From NCBI RefSeq assembly GCF_009914755.1, contig NC_060926.1: a stretch of DNA of 64,000 nt. One strand, 5' to 3'. Positions 1-16,257 of this stretch are shown in pieces. Made by a program: the position numbers and the translations under genes. Within the stretch, counting starts at the first letter, position 1, and each line of letters starts with the position of its first letter. This DNA is from the human T2T-CHM13v2.0 reference genome, Homo sapiens. The notes beneath the pieces were generated by a model that saw only the letters and a program-made list of their open reading frames with translations, ran no database searches and was not told the DNA's origin.

Positions 1-19
1 GACAGTTAACAAGTGCCTT

Positions 20-275
20 TTACCCTTTGTACTCTGCCCTTCTTCTTGACTGGATTATAGCCATGACACACTGGAGGTAGAGCAACCCTCCTGTAATCAC
101 AGGCACCTGTGAGGGAGAGGTTAAGATGTCATGGAGATATCAACATGGTCTGTCTTCACTGCTGAGCCAATGCCCGCTACCACCTACCTCTGAAATTTTT
201 GTTACACAAGAAAAGCCCCAAATTTGTTTAGGGGAATCTCCTTCACCAGTAGCTCAATTCAATTCTTAATTAATG
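20..275 (+). mobile_element. Old MaLR LTR fragment (MLT1J/K-like)
   Basis: cacctacctctgaaatttttgttacacaagaaaagccccaaatttgttta resembles the MLT1 3' LTR signature; highly diverged, boundaries approximate. Confidence 0.55.
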
Positions 276-389
276 TAAGAGCTTAAAGAGCTCCCTGAGA
301 TAATTTGAGTCAATGAACTCCTATATATCTTATTGGCAAATTAGACAAATTTAGAGTATATGTTATGGAAAAATTCTGAGAAGCCAAGA

Positions 390-1410
390 AAATGGTGGTG
401 ATATAAATCTGAGTTTGAACATACTCTCTCCCAAAACAATAAAGAAGATCAAATGAAACTACATAAAACCCATGTCTTCTACATAACTAGAAGACATGAA
501 ATGTCCAAATTTCAAATTAACTGTAAATAGAAAAATAAACACCAAACCCCAGCAAGTTGCCTCCTCCACTCCTAATACAAGCCCTTCAGGAACCAACAAA
601 GTCAGCTGGAGAAAATCCGTGCAGAGTAGACAAGAGGGAAGCTAGTGGTGGACCTTAGATTGATCTGAAACAACCACCAGAGAGAGAACGTCGGCGCTAA
701 GTTTGAAAATACTGAAAAGCACACTGGTAGATCAGGCTACTTACTACTGGGAAGGGACTTAACCATATGTGCTGCATGCGAGGAGATGGTCTTGTCCCAC
801 TTTTTGTGAGAGGAGATGGTCTTGGAAGGATAAGTAAGGCATCCTGGTAAAAAGGGTCAAAGGGACCCTCTTTTAGAGGCGAGCTCTGGAAATCTTGCAG
901 TGAGAGGGAAATTGAAGAACCTGCAAGAATCTCTTCCCTTGCAAAACTGAAGGTAGCCCAGCCCCTTCTCCCATCATTCCCCTTCCAAATAATAATAATA
1001 AATAATAATAATAAGTTCAATTTTAAAAAAGAAAGAAAAAGAAGTTATACTTTGCCACACTGACAGAAGAGGGCGCTCTTGACCTAGGAATTTTGCAACC
1101 ACCCCAACCCTTCCAGCCCTGTCCACAGAAAGGCGGATCAAAGTCTTCATCTAAGCAAAATCACCAGAATAAAAAGAACCCAAGCAATTCAACTGAGAAA
1201 AATTCCTCCCCCAAATAATGGCACAGTGGAAGAAAACTAACACAACACTGAACTGAATTCAACGTCCTCAAGCACTTGGGAACATGGAAAAACACTTCAA
1301 ATTACACATTCAGAAACTAGGTACAGAAACAGACATAAAAAAAGAAGAAATAAAATAAAAGTTGATTGAACTCAGGAAAGAAATAGAAGAAAGAATAGAA
1401 AAGCCATTAT
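390..1410 (+). mobile_element. Ancient L1 5'/ORF1-region fragment (L1M/HAL1-like)
   Basis: A-rich sense strand; ttgattgaactcaggaaagaaatagaagaa resembles decayed ORF1 coiled-coil coding sequence; no open frame. Confidence 0.45.
987..1014. repeat. (AAT)n microsatellite
   Basis: aaataataataataaataataataataa. Confidence 0.9.
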
Positions 1411-1714
1411 AAGCATTCCTATAAGATTTTAGATAAACTGAACTAAGACATTTTACACACGCGCACACACACACCACACATGCACACTATCCTTCAAGTT
1501 ACATTTGAACAATTTCTTCACCATGTAGCTTTTGGGGGTTCATCCCAATTGGATATTTTGAGACATGCAATAAATGGTTCTGCTATTATTGCTATAATCA
1601 CCATTACAGGTAACTGATTGGATGAGGACAGCAAGCGAGGGGAGGGAGTCTCGAGTAAAATGTCTGAGGCAAGATAATAGTTTGTCCAACTCCAGTGTTC
1701 ACCTAGGCCAATGA

Positions 1715-1790
1715 CTTTACAGATGAGATTCAGGGAGGTTACATAATGACCCAAGCTTCCCCAGAGCCAGTTAGTGACAGAAAGCACAAG
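1715..1790 (-). mobile_element. MIR fragment
   Basis: tttacagatgagattcagggaggttacataatgacccaag matches the reverse-complemented MIR core. Confidence 0.7.
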
Positions 1791-1851
1791 GCAGAAAGCC
1801 TCCCTCTCCTTCTCTCTCCCCTTTTCCTCCTCTTACTTCAGAGGACAATGA

Positions 1852-2377
<526 letters not shown>

Positions 2378-2409
2378 ATCCTTAAACTTTTAAAAGAACT
2401 TGATACCAA

Positions 2410-3110
2410 CCGTCGGCTCTCCCTCTCAACTCACTCCTGAAATTCTTGCAATCTGTTTTCCCCCATTCTCTCCTGAGCCCACGTGCTCGGAAACTGCTGG
2501 TCACTAGCTTCTAGACACTCCTATCCCTTGTTTTCTTGGACGCACAGCCCATTTTCTCTAGTCAATTCCCCATCTACTCATTTTCTTCCTCCCTCTTAAA
2601 TGTATGCATTCCCTAAAGCTCTCCACTGCCTTTTCTTTTTGCCTGCACAGCTGCAGACTGCAAATATACATTTCCATACCTATCTGTTTCTCAGGTGTCT
2701 TTCCCTTATTGTCTTCTAGACATCATCCCTGGAATCCAGGAGGCTACCTGGAGCTCAACATGTCTAAAACTGAACTCCACACCCTCTATTCAGTTCTGTA
2801 CTCACTCTTGAGCTCCAACTCAGAGTCCTTGATCTATTTTTTTGTGTTCTGTACCAAATCACCCATAAATTCTACTCAAAGCATTTATTGAGTATCTGAT
2901 ATGTGCAGGCACTGGACATGGGCCTGGGAGTATGAGATGAGTAAGACTTGTACTTACAGACTCAGTGGAAAGTCCTGTCCAATCAACACATACAACTTTC
3001 TTTCCACATTCACTGTCATCATTTTCATTTCCATGGTCACCCTCCTAGAGCAAGCCAGCTTTACCTCTGTTCTAGACTGGTAAAGCAGCCCCTTAAGAGA
3101 TTTCTCTGGA
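2410..3110 (+). mobile_element. L2 fragments (with a short minus-strand L2 3' end at ~2870-2960)
   Basis: ctcaacatgtctaaaactgaactc is an L2 hallmark; catttattgagtatctgatatgtgcaggcactgg is a reversed L2 tail. Confidence 0.65.
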
Positions 3111-3942
3111 ACCAGCCTGGTTGAATGGAGTTGATCTCTGCTTTTATGCATTTTGTAGTTTAATACATCTACTTCTGTTTCCATTTTTCCATCTACTTGG
3201 AATATCCTCCACTGATCTTCCTATGTCACATCTGATCTGTCCTTTAATGCCTATCTCAAATTCTGGGCCTGCTTTGATATTTTGCCTGGTTTCCTGAGCT
3301 GGGAGTTGTGACTTCTTTCTCGGAACTCATGCAGACTTGTCTTCTGCACCTATGCTTTACCAGTTGTCCCTCTTGTTCAAGCTCATGGCACCATCAGTTA
3401 GGATTAGAATGTAAAAACCAGCTTTATATGATTAAAAAAAAACAGATCCATGATCAACTTCAAAAGAAATTATTTGTTCATTAGCTTACTATTTGTGTTA
3501 CACCTTTTTATACCTTTTCTCTTGGAGGTTTGATAAACTAAACTACCAGAGAAGCTGAATATTCTAGTGTTACTAGATTTTGCTTAGCGCAAATAATGTG
3601 ATTTCAAGAACTTCACATGAGGTCTTTTCAGCTTCATCATCTAGAAAATAGAAAAGTTATATTAAATGTACTTCACATCCTCTTTCAGATCTACCATTCT
3701 ATAATTAAGGTGTCTCAAGGATTTGACTGTGTGGGAAACTCTGTTGATAGACTAATTTAACACCCATTCCCAGCTCCTCTCCTGTCCTCAGCTTCACTAC
3801 AAAAGTTGGGAAAGCTGAATATTCACTTTACTATCCTTCTTTGCAGCTAGTGGCAGCCATGTAATCTCATGTATCTCATTCTGGCCAATGAGATATAAGC
3901 AGAACTCTATAAAGGAGAATTCTGGGAAGCTGTCATCACTCC

Positions 3943-4784
<842 letters not shown>

Positions 4785-5112
4785 AACTCCTTTCCACCTA
4801 ATCTCAAAAGTCAGGTGCTTAAAAAACTATCTTATAAAGTAAAGGCCAAGTGAATCATAAAGCCACTGCCCTGACCTCTTGCACCTTTAAAACTAAGGTG
4901 CAAGTCATCATGCAACCTCCCTGATTCTCATCTGTAAAGTCACTGGCCTAGGTGAACAGTAGAGTTTGACAAAACCTTTTTTATTTAGGCCAGAAAAAGA
5001 AATGTCTGCCTGTATGAGCCAATATGAAGTTAGCAAACGTTTCTTTTACTTGCAGTTAAAATAATTTCCAACTGATAAAGCAGACTTCCAAAAGCAGCAT
5101 GAGCAAATTCTT

Positions 5113-5480
5113 ATTTATTCATTGGCAAACATTTATAAAGCATACATAATGTTCCAGATAGGGGGAAAAATCTCCCAAAAATAAAAAAAAATTATTGCTT
5201 TCTATAGGCTCATAGCCTCCTGTAGCATGGAGCATGGGAGAGGGAAAAGGCAGACAAATCAAGATACAACTAAAATATAGAGTGGTTAGGCTATGACAGT
5301 TATAAACAGAAGGTCTTAGGGAAGCTCAAAGCAGGAATACCTAGCGCACACATTCAGGGTGGTAGGGAGGGAAGGGTTGAATTGGGAGGTTTAGGATATG
5401 GAGCAGAATTATGAGGGAGGAGTATGAGTTACTTGGAAGAAGCAGAGGAGGGAGTTTCTAGGCACAGAAGAGTAGAGGCC
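5113..5480 (-). mobile_element. L2 fragment
   Basis: ttattcattggcaaacatttata followed by a purine-rich body typical of reversed L2 3' region. Confidence 0.55.
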
Positions 5481-5556
5481 AATCAATAATCAACCAACAA
5501 CCATCAAGCACCTGGTGTGAGGTAGGGGCACCTGCCAGATGCTACAGGGAGACGGA

Positions 5557-5666
5557 GATGTAAAGAACTTCGTCCCTGCCCCAGGTTTTTATAATCATGC
5601 TGCAGCGATGCTTCCCCTCCTCCACCCCAGCCCCCGCTCCCCCCCCCGCCCCTCCTCCCCACCCCC
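5557..5666 (-). promoter_or_regulatory. Candidate minus-strand core promoter (GC box/G-rich tract, TATAAAAA, Inr-like)
   Basis: On the minus strand: GGGGCGGGG (5652-5644) inside a G-tract, TATAAAAA (5593-5586) and TTACATC (YYANWYY, 5563-5557) with its A 32 nt downstream of the TATA start. Motif evidence only. Confidence 0.35.
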
Positions 5667-6280
5667 GGGGATGGAGCAGCCTGAGTGCTCTCTCTTGTCA
5701 ACTAAGGACATTGCAAAAGGCACATGCCACCCTGTCGTGCTGCCTTGCTCCCCCAGATCATGCCCTTGGCAGCTGCCTCAGATATTACTGCTTCCAGAAA
5801 GTGGCTTACCAACTACGGTGGGAGAATCTAGGTCAAGGTCCTTCAGGAATGTGCTGTGCACAGGCAATTCAAGAAAAGAGAAATGAATTTGACAGGGAAG
5901 ACAAGCCCTGCAGGTTTTGAAGTAGAATCTTGGAAGCCTGCAGGCTTGGTGAAACTATGCCATCTCTCTTATCAGATTATCGTTCTTAACAGCCTAGGAA
6001 TTTGCTTGGAAATTATAGAAAGCCACTGTAAATCTTCTTTGAACAAGTAAAGGAACAAATATGTTGAAATAATAAAATGTGAATTCTGAAATAGGGCCTA
6101 GGGAAAAATACTGGAGGTAAAAAGACTAAGGCAGATACCATTGAAGGAAGGTGAGAGCAACAACAGAATGAATCATATTTCACCCAATTGACTTGTTTAA
6201 TCATATTTGAGGAGCAGGGAGGGTTTATAATGGCTAAAAAGAAGGAACTGAGAGGCAGGAAGAACCAAATGTCATTCTTA

Positions 6281-7128
<848 letters not shown>

Positions 7129-7869
7129 AAGGCCAATTTTTAAAAGCTTCAGTATAAATGTTCTCTGCCAAGGTCATCTTTCCTTCAAATCTAAGGCAAA
7201 ATGGATGAGCACCAATGTTCATGCTTGTCTTAACAAATTCACTGAAGTATGACTGTAGACCCTAAATCAAACCTGTGAAATGCGAAGCAGTTTCTCTCTG
7301 TAATCTATTCTGATGTGTTGGCTCAAGCTACACTTGTACAGTGCAAATGATAATAGAAGTCACAGTAAATGTGTAAATTAATATTGTTCTACTTATTAAC
7401 ATTTAGAAATACATAATTTCATTTTAATCAATCAAGACTATTTATAGGCCTATACTGTTGTCCTTAAGGAACTTGCAAACATATTACAAAGACAGTATAC
7501 AATTAAATCATAGTATTTTATTGCTGAAAGAGGTTTTAGTGATGATTTAGTTATCACGCCATAGAATTTCACAGTTGACAATGGTCTTCAAGACTATCCA
7601 GACCTGCTCAACATCTTAGATTTGAATTTCCCTGCTGGGGGCAAACTCCAGAGCAGACATGCTAGATAAATGCGAAAAGCTGGCCAGTGGAAAGTGATGG
7701 GACCAGGAGCAAACTGGAGACAGTGTGACAGTGCCTATGGTCATTCAAACTCAATTTAAAGACAAATGCTGTGAAAAATCAATAAACACATATATTTGGG
7801 CTTGATTCAATCCTTGAGTCATCATACCAAAATCTCTTTCTATGTTAGTCCTCCCAGGTTTTGAGCTAG

Positions 7870-8671
<802 letters not shown>

Positions 8672-8679
8672 CTACTATA

Positions 8680-9163
8680 ACAGGTGCTCCTGAGACCCTG
8701 GCCCATGTCTTTCCACTCTCACCAGTTTAATGGGTACCAGCCTGGCTTCTAACTGCCAGCAGCATAGCGTTTCTTTGCTATAGGATTTCTTGAACACTCA
8801 GCTCCTGCTTTAGTGCACTCTCACTGGGGAGGCAGGAAGTGTCAGGGGATTAAAATGGCCCTCCTAGAGCAGCTTTCCTCAACTGATGGAAATTTGTGTA
8901 TAAATATTCCAGCTCCCTCCACCCACAGGGAGAAGACTGTACTTTACACCAGCCCCCAGAATTCTCAAGTGGGATTAGGGTTCCTGTTACCACAGTGGAC
9001 TCTCTTTTGACCATATATCCTGTACTTCTGGGATCCTTTCCTTATCTCTCTTCCCCATTTCCTGCAGCCTTTCCTGAAATCAGCTGCCAGATAATCTACT
9101 TGTATGTGAATCTTCATCTCAGGGGCTGCCTCTGGGAGATCTCAAATTCATGTGGCTAAGAAC
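8680..9163 (+). mobile_element. ERVL LTR (LTR16-like)
   Basis: 3' end ctacttgtatgtgaatcttcatctcaggggctgcctctggga...ctaagaaca resembles LTR16. Confidence 0.7.
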
Positions 9164-11889
9164 ACCCCCAGAAATGAGAGATTTATTGCATCCCAACACC
9201 CTTAGATATCTCTGACCCATAGAAATATCTTCCCCTTAACTGCGATGAAAAGTGTCTTTCTACAACTGGCATCTAGAGGTCCTCTTTATGGGATGATGTA
9301 CTTTGTGTAAATTTGTCTAGAAATCTCCCACTTTAGAAAAGTCACTCAAACCCATTCTTAAACTACTTAAGTTTTCTGAAATATATTCTATATTTTACAC
9401 ACTGATCCATGGAAAAAAAAAAAAAGGAAAGTTAACTGCTACACAAAGCCAGGAGTAAGCATCTAGAATGAAACATGCCCAAGGGAAGGAAAACCTCCAG
9501 AAATCTGGGGATTGGAGGAAAATTTCTCATTAAGCAAGATGTATTATTCTAAGTAAATCTATTAAGTAGATTTACTACTACTATTAGTTTTTAGTTAAAT
9601 GCTAAGGGAAAGGTCAACCAAGAGGGCTGCAGAAGATGGGATCATTTTATTTACATAGATAATACACGTATCATTGTATATAATTTATGATCCTAGTTTT
9701 CACAAGGGGAAGGATTGTAAAAAAATGTGCTGTCTTCATTTTCAACCTGACAGTTTTCAGGCTTGTGTGTTTCCTAGTCAAGTGTTTATGCTTGTTCTTG
9801 TATGTGCTATCTAAGAGGGTATCAAACGCTTTGTAGAGGTGCTGAAAAGGTATTACATTCTCAGCTTCTTTCCAAGAGGCATCCTCTGGGCCTCTTTAAG
9901 AGGCAAGAAAAGTTCTCAATTGTCTGAGCAGTATTCCGAGAGCATCTCCTACCTACTCCTTCTCATCTTGAGAGAAAGGGGAGTTTCAGGAGAGCCGAGA
10001 CCTGGGTAAAATGAAGTGCAAAATACTGAAACAAGTAGATTTCAGAGCCCTTGTGAACATCGTTTCTGACATGATGTTTGAAGCAAAGTACTTGACAGAC
10101 AGTTAAATGAACTAGTTTCTGCATTTTGAGGGTCTTTGTAGGATATCCATGGCCATTTTTTTTTTCACAACCTATTTCTGGGACATACACTGAAAGGACT
10201 GATTGCTTGCTAATATATCTTTTCTTATACAAAACCACTCTGTGAATATGCGTTCCTATAGTATTTATAAACAGTTTTTTTATTTGAAAGAGAGATAAAC
10301 AAGTGATTATTAAATTCAAAGCTACACCTATTCCTCCCACTTCTTCTGCATCTGATATAATTACAACAAATCTGGGTTATGCATATGTGAACATCTTCTG
10401 GTTTTGATTGTCAAGCAATCAAATAACATTTCTTGCCCACACTCAGACCCATAATTTACATGCTTCTCTGCAGTGACACTTGATGCGGTTTAATTATAAT
10501 GCTCTTCAATCCAGAAAGCTATTTAAAGGACGATGGAAGCTGTGCATTTTCAGTTCTTTCTCTCACAGACGATCCAGATATTTGTACCTGTAGCTGATCC
10601 CAAATTGAAACTTGATAAGTTGCGCATGACTTTTAACAGCAATAATTTTTCCTTTATAGAATAACTGATATTTTAAAATATGTATTTCTTTCTAAGAAAG
10701 CACGTCCTGCACAGTTTTCCATTTTGAATCTGTTTTTCCCCACACCATTAGAAGAAAGCATGGAAAATTTCACAATCATCTGCATTCTGTTTACAGCAAA
10801 TATTTTTTCATTTCAGAGTGAAATTCTCAAGCCCCAAATGGGTAGGTGTTTTAATTCAGCATGGAAATAAAGAGTTGCTTTTTCTGGACATATTCCCTTC
10901 CTTTTCCTGGCAGTTACTGGTACCGACTTGCTCTTAATTATCTCCCATTCAATGCTAGTCATAACCACCCGCCCACTTCACACTTAGGCAGTCCTGCCCA
11001 CAGCACTCACCCCAGCCCCCTCAGGCTGAATCATCAGCTCCCACCCCCGTCCTTCCTTTCCCACTGCCATTTCCTTTTTCGCTTCAATGCCCTTTATAGA
11101 GGGACATTCTTGCTTTTCCAAAGCTTTTTTCCTCATTCCTTATTACATCCCCTTTAAATTTTAGAAAAACCGTAATTCTTATGGAATTTAATTTTCTTCT
11201 CATCACTGAGGATGATTTGTGCTTGATGCACCATAGAATCTGTGTTCATTAGTTACCCATTAATTCTTGTGTACTTTAGGGGGAGAGTAGAATTTGAGAA
11301 ACTGGAAATCTATCACTTTCACTAAAACATACATAAGATGAAACTGAGTCACTTTGGAAGTTTCCACCATGGCAGAGACAAAGGAAGTCCCAGGCCTGGG
11401 CAATGTAAACAATCAACTTACAGTTTGACATTTCTGCTTTCAACATTCCACTCTCCCTGATTTTTTTTTTAATGCTATAATTAAGTCCTTTCAAATTGCT
11501 AACCCTAGAGCCTCTCTTTTTTCTTAGGCATACAAAGTATGGGAAGCTGAGGGCTCTAGAATTTGACACCTGCAGGTATCCTAGCTCTGATCAACCCACA
11601 GATATGTTGTACTGATACCAGCCCAGGCCATGAAGACACCATTAAACATTCCACCCCTATGTGGTTTTTACTTAAAGTACTCTAATATTGTCAGGAGGTA
11701 TCCATGTATGAAGACATATTTCTCCGCATGTTCAGGACAAGTCATTCCTTATTATCTCATGAAGATTCTGCATACAGGTCTCACAGCTACCCCCAACATG
11801 CAAATAAAGAAAAGAAGACATCAAGTTCAAATGATCACTGATGGGGTTTCCTTTTGTTATGAAGCTTAGAGTTAAAAGAGATACACTTG

Positions 11890-12202
11890 GGCCAGGCGCG
11901 GTGGCTCAATGCCTGTAGTCCCAGCACTTTGGGAGGCCGAGACAGGTGGATCGTTTGAGGCCAGGAGTTTGAGACCAACCTGGCCAACATGGCGAAACCC
12001 CATCTCTACTAAAAATACACAGACTAGCTGGGCGTGGTGGTGCCCACCTGTAATCCCAGCTACTTGGGAGGCTGAGGCAGGAAAATAGCTTAAACCTGGG
12101 AGGCAGAGGATGCAGTGAGCAAGATTGCACCACTGCACTCCAGCCTGGGCAACAGAGTGAGACTCTGTCTCAAAAAAAACAAAAAAAAAAAAAAAAAGAA
12201 AG
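11890..12202 (+). mobile_element. AluS (Sz/Sx-like)
   Basis: full dimer with A tail; TSD agagatacact at 11877-11887 and 12203-12213. Confidence 0.94.
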
Positions 12203-12489
12203 AGAGATACACTAGGCCCAACGCCTCATTTTATGTGAGAAAGATGAGCTCCAAAGTCCTGATATGGACATACCAGCTCGGTGCTCTACTCAGCCATCCA
12301 CCCGCCTCCAAACCTCAGATGCCCCACCCAGTGTCTGCGGCATGTTCCCCCTCTCAGTTCTATGAGCTCATGCCTTTTCAATTGTTCAATCATCCTCTAA
12401 AATTACTACCTTTCAACATGCCTTTTTGTTCTAACTGGGAGAGCGGTGGTGATTTCCTTTGGAATATCTGCCTGAAACAACCTTTTCAG

Positions 12490-12570
12490 GCTGCATTTTT
12501 TTCACTTGTAAAATGAAAGTCTGGATTAGATCATCATTAAGGTGGTTTCCAGGTCTTAAATTTTATGGGT
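12490..12570 (+). mobile_element. MIR (MIR3-like) fragment
   Basis: cttgtaaaatgaaagtctggattagatcatcattaaggtggtttccagg. Confidence 0.6.
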
Positions 12571-12589
12571 TTCTAAGTGTATGAAATCT

Positions 12590-12960
12590 GCAAGCATGTA
12601 TTGAGCACCTATTAAATGTGAGGTTCTGGCCAGAAACTGGGGGGACCAGGGTGCAGGCCTTCCCTCTACCACCTCATTCTATAAGTCTCAAAGAGGGCTA
12701 ATTATCATTCAGTATGAAAAATGAAAAGATCAAGGTTTGTGTGCAGGGTTGGAGTGATTAATTCTGCCTGGGTGGTTGGTTAAGTAGAACACAGAGAAGA
12801 CGACATTTGAACTGAAACTTAAGGGATGAGTTAATAGGCCTAGACAAGGAGAAAAATAATTTTCTAGATAGAACGAACAGGATCAGCAACAGCACAAAAA
12901 CATGTGACTTTCTGCAACGTGAGCATACATAAGAGTAGTAGAGAATTAGGACTGAGTCCA
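12590..12960 (-). mobile_element. L2 fragment
   Basis: gcatgtattgagcacctattaaatgtgagg...gacatttgaactgaaacttaaggga. Confidence 0.6.
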
Positions 12961-12986
12961 TATCCTCCAAGAAGTCATTTGTCCAG

Positions 12987-13352
12987 TGTATTAGTCAGCT
13001 AGGACTACATAGCAAAACATCTTAGAATGGGGGGCTTAACCAATAGGAATTTATTTTCTTACAGTTCTGAATGCTAGAAGCCCAAGATCAAGGTGTCAGC
13101 AGGTTTGGTTTCTCCTGAAGCCTCTCTTCTTGGCTTGTAAGTGGCTGCCTTCTTGCCATGTCCCCCCAAGGCCTTTCCTCTGTGCACTCTGACTCCTCTA
13201 ATGAGGACACCAGTCCTTTGGAATTAGGACCTCAACCGTATGACCTCATTTAAGCTTAATTACTCCTTAAAGGCTCTATCTCCAAATACAGTGAAGTTGG
13301 GAGTTAGGGCTTCAATATATAAATTCTGGGGAACACAATTCTGTCTTTAACA
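12987..13352 (-). mobile_element. Solo MaLR LTR (MLT1B-like), complete
   Basis: tgtattagtc...taaca termini; perfect 5-bp TSD tccag at 12982-86 and 13353-57. Confidence 0.9.
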
Positions 13353-13611
13353 TCCAGCCACCTATTTTATTTGGAAAAGAGTGAGTAAAAGCCTCAAGGC
13401 AGCCACTATGGCCACCATAAGCTCTCTGCCTTAAAACTCAATCACCTCCTTCACAAGAAAATCCTTAGGCTTCACCTAAATGACTGCATATTTTGGTTTT
13501 ACGTTCAATTTTTGGAGGGAAGTGTATTTGTGCTGCTATTTTAAAACAAAAACTGTACCTTAAGTGTGTGGGAAGCTTAGAGGAGGCAGACAGGTCAATA
13601 GCAATAAGAAA

Positions 13612-14238
13612 TGGTTGCTGACGTTTTGTGTTTTCCAAAGATGGTCGCAATAACGTCTCCCATCCCACATGCTCTTCCCCAGAGGAACCTTATCACTTCC
13701 CCAGCAAGAAGTGGAGTCTAAATCTTGTCCCCTTGAATCTGTGACTGACCTTATGATTTGCTTGTTACTAACAGAATGGTGCCGTATGATTTCTGATGTC
13801 ACAAGAAAAGGTCTCGAAGCTCCCACCTATTACTCTTGGAACACTTGCCTTTGGAAAGCCCCTCTTGGGGATTTTCATCTTGGACCTTAGTCATCATGCT
13901 GTGAAAATCTGAAGCCACGTGAAGTGGCCATGTGTAGGTATTCTGGTTGATAGTCCCAGCTAAGCCCAGCCTTTAGCAATTTCAGCCCAGGCACCAGACA
14001 GGTGAATGAAACACATTATGGAAGGAGCTTGTCCTGTCCCAGATGTTCCAGACCCAGCCATTAAAGTCACTCCCAGCTATCTGTCTTCCTAGCTGAAGCA
14101 CCAGATATCACAGAGCAGAGAAGAGCTGTCCCCATGTGCCCTTTCCTGATCCACAGAACCTGAGAGCATAATACAATTTTTAAAATTCCACTAAGTTTGA
14201 GGTGGTTTGTTATATAGCAATAGTAAATGACTCAGACA
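13612..14238 (+). mobile_element. MaLR LTR (MLT1G/H-like)
   Basis: gtggagtctaaatcttgtccccttgaatct...ccactaagtttgaggtggtttgttatatagcaatag. Confidence 0.8.
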
Positions 14239-14839
14239 GTGAAAACATTAAGGGAACAAGATTTTGAAAATACTTACAATAAGTAAGCAGATGAGTCAAA
14301 AATACAAAAATATAGTCTGGGTTATTTGGTATGGAAAAATAGCCCTGCACACCTCAATATTGTTCCTGAAAAGTTTTGTATTTGTAATATAGCATACTAT
14401 TTGATGCTCACAATGATGTTCTAGTATCGTTAAGAAAATGTTAAATTTGATTCATGATAGGCAGGGAAAATAGATCATACATTTTAGAAAGATACAGTTC
14501 AAACTGGTTAATATTTTAATTGCTTAGATGCTTTAAAAGGAATACAAGTTTCCATGATCAGAAAAATGAGAAGATATTAACATTTTTGTTCTTCGATAAT
14601 ATTGGATAAATTAGGCTTCACTATAATTTTTAATTGAATATATTTCATAATTATTAATTTTTGTGTTGTCAAGAGGAAGTCTTGGGACCTAGCATATTAT
14701 TATTCGTATATATACTTTGTCTTTTTCAAAACAGGATTTGATGCTCTGATGTTTGTTTAACCAGCTTTCTATCCCATAAAGCATATCACATATCATGGAA
14801 TCATTAAGAAATACACTTTGACAATAGTAATAATGAGAA

Positions 14840-14975
14840 ATTGTAACCTCCTTAAAGACCAGGAGCCATGTCCTGTTACTCCTTTGTGTACTCCCAATGT
14901 TGCCTAGCTCCATGCTTTGTATGTAATAGAAGCTCATAAAAGATTTGGTGAATTGAATTGAATTGACTGAATTGT
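14840..14975 (+). mobile_element. L2 3' end
   Basis: tgtaacctccttaaagaccaggagccatgtc...ends in a (tgaat)n tail. Confidence 0.7.
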
Positions 14976-15903
14976 GATCAGATCTTTAAATGACTTAATC
15001 TTAAGTCTAAAATTTCTCTCCAGAACACTATTGAGAAATCAGAAAAAAAAAAAAAAAAAACTCAAGCAATCATTATCCTTAAGTAATACAAAGAAGTCAT
15101 GTAAAAAACACCCACTTCTAAAATGGATATACTTATGCATTACAGTAAACACACCACATGACAGGCTTTTCTAGTTTTATTTACATTCAGTTTCACACTA
15201 TTAAAGTGGTATTATAAAGAGCCCAGTTATAGTTCAGGTCAAAACTAACACTGAATGAGGAAGATTGTGTGTGTGGTTATGTGTGCACATGTGTGTGTGT
15301 GAACCTGTTTAGAAGGGAAGATTTACCCCCGGAAGCAGTACTCATAACCAAAACTTCAGGGCCCAAAATCCCATCATAAATATCCTTTGAAAGAGCAGAC
15401 AGAGACTAGGAAAAGTGGAATATGATGGCCATCTCTAAGACGTAAGATCTCAGTAACCACATTAACAAAGGAGTCCCAGCTACCCCTTTCCTCCCAGAGA
15501 CCATCATAACTAAAGTCTTCATCCCACCCCTTGAAGGCTGTCACCCTGAAGCCACTGCAGCTCTATAGAGCATGCACACTAGCATTCACCCTAGGATGGC
15601 TAGGCCCCCGACTAGAGACAGGTCAAGCAGAGCTTCCTTCCCTGATTTTCAGTTGTACAACTCAGTGGCATGTCTGGATTGCAAGGATGAACTGTTGACT
15701 AAAATTTTATCTTTGCAGATAATGCAACCATCTGCAGACAAAGTAATCACAGCTGGGGATTTGACTATATAAAATAATATGGACCTTACCCACCAGAATA
15801 TATAATCCAATGGGAAAGACAGGCTCAGACATTTCTATCCATAGTCATTTCTGACTATTGAAGTCAGACGGTAAACTCTAAGGTGAATAAAGTGCTGTGT
15901 GGG

Positions 15904-16204
<301 letters not shown>

Positions 16205-16257
16205 TCACTTGAATCTCACTTTTGACAGATGGTTCCACTCTGAATTTGTAAAATAAA

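Noticed and set aside
780-824. Short direct repeats: gaggagatggtcttg x2 (30-bp period); similar pairs at 55989-56026, 56711-56758 and ~40703-40742
   Set aside because: Ordinary two-copy micro-duplications; not CRISPR-like (no array of unique spacers, eukaryotic context, no cas genes)
5694-5716. 20/23 match cttgtca-nnn-aaggacattgcaa shared with 61070-61092
   Set aside because: A rough estimate gives on the order of one such match by chance among all position pairs in 64 kb, and the flanks do not extend the alignment
7600-7820. Possible hAT MITE remnant
   Set aside because: Too diverged to assign family or ends by eye
10050-10085. Small hairpin tgaacatcgt-ttctgac-atgatgtttg as a miRNA precursor
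   Set aside because: Stem is only about 10 bp with several G-U pairs, far shorter than a pre-miRNA, and I recognise no mature sequence
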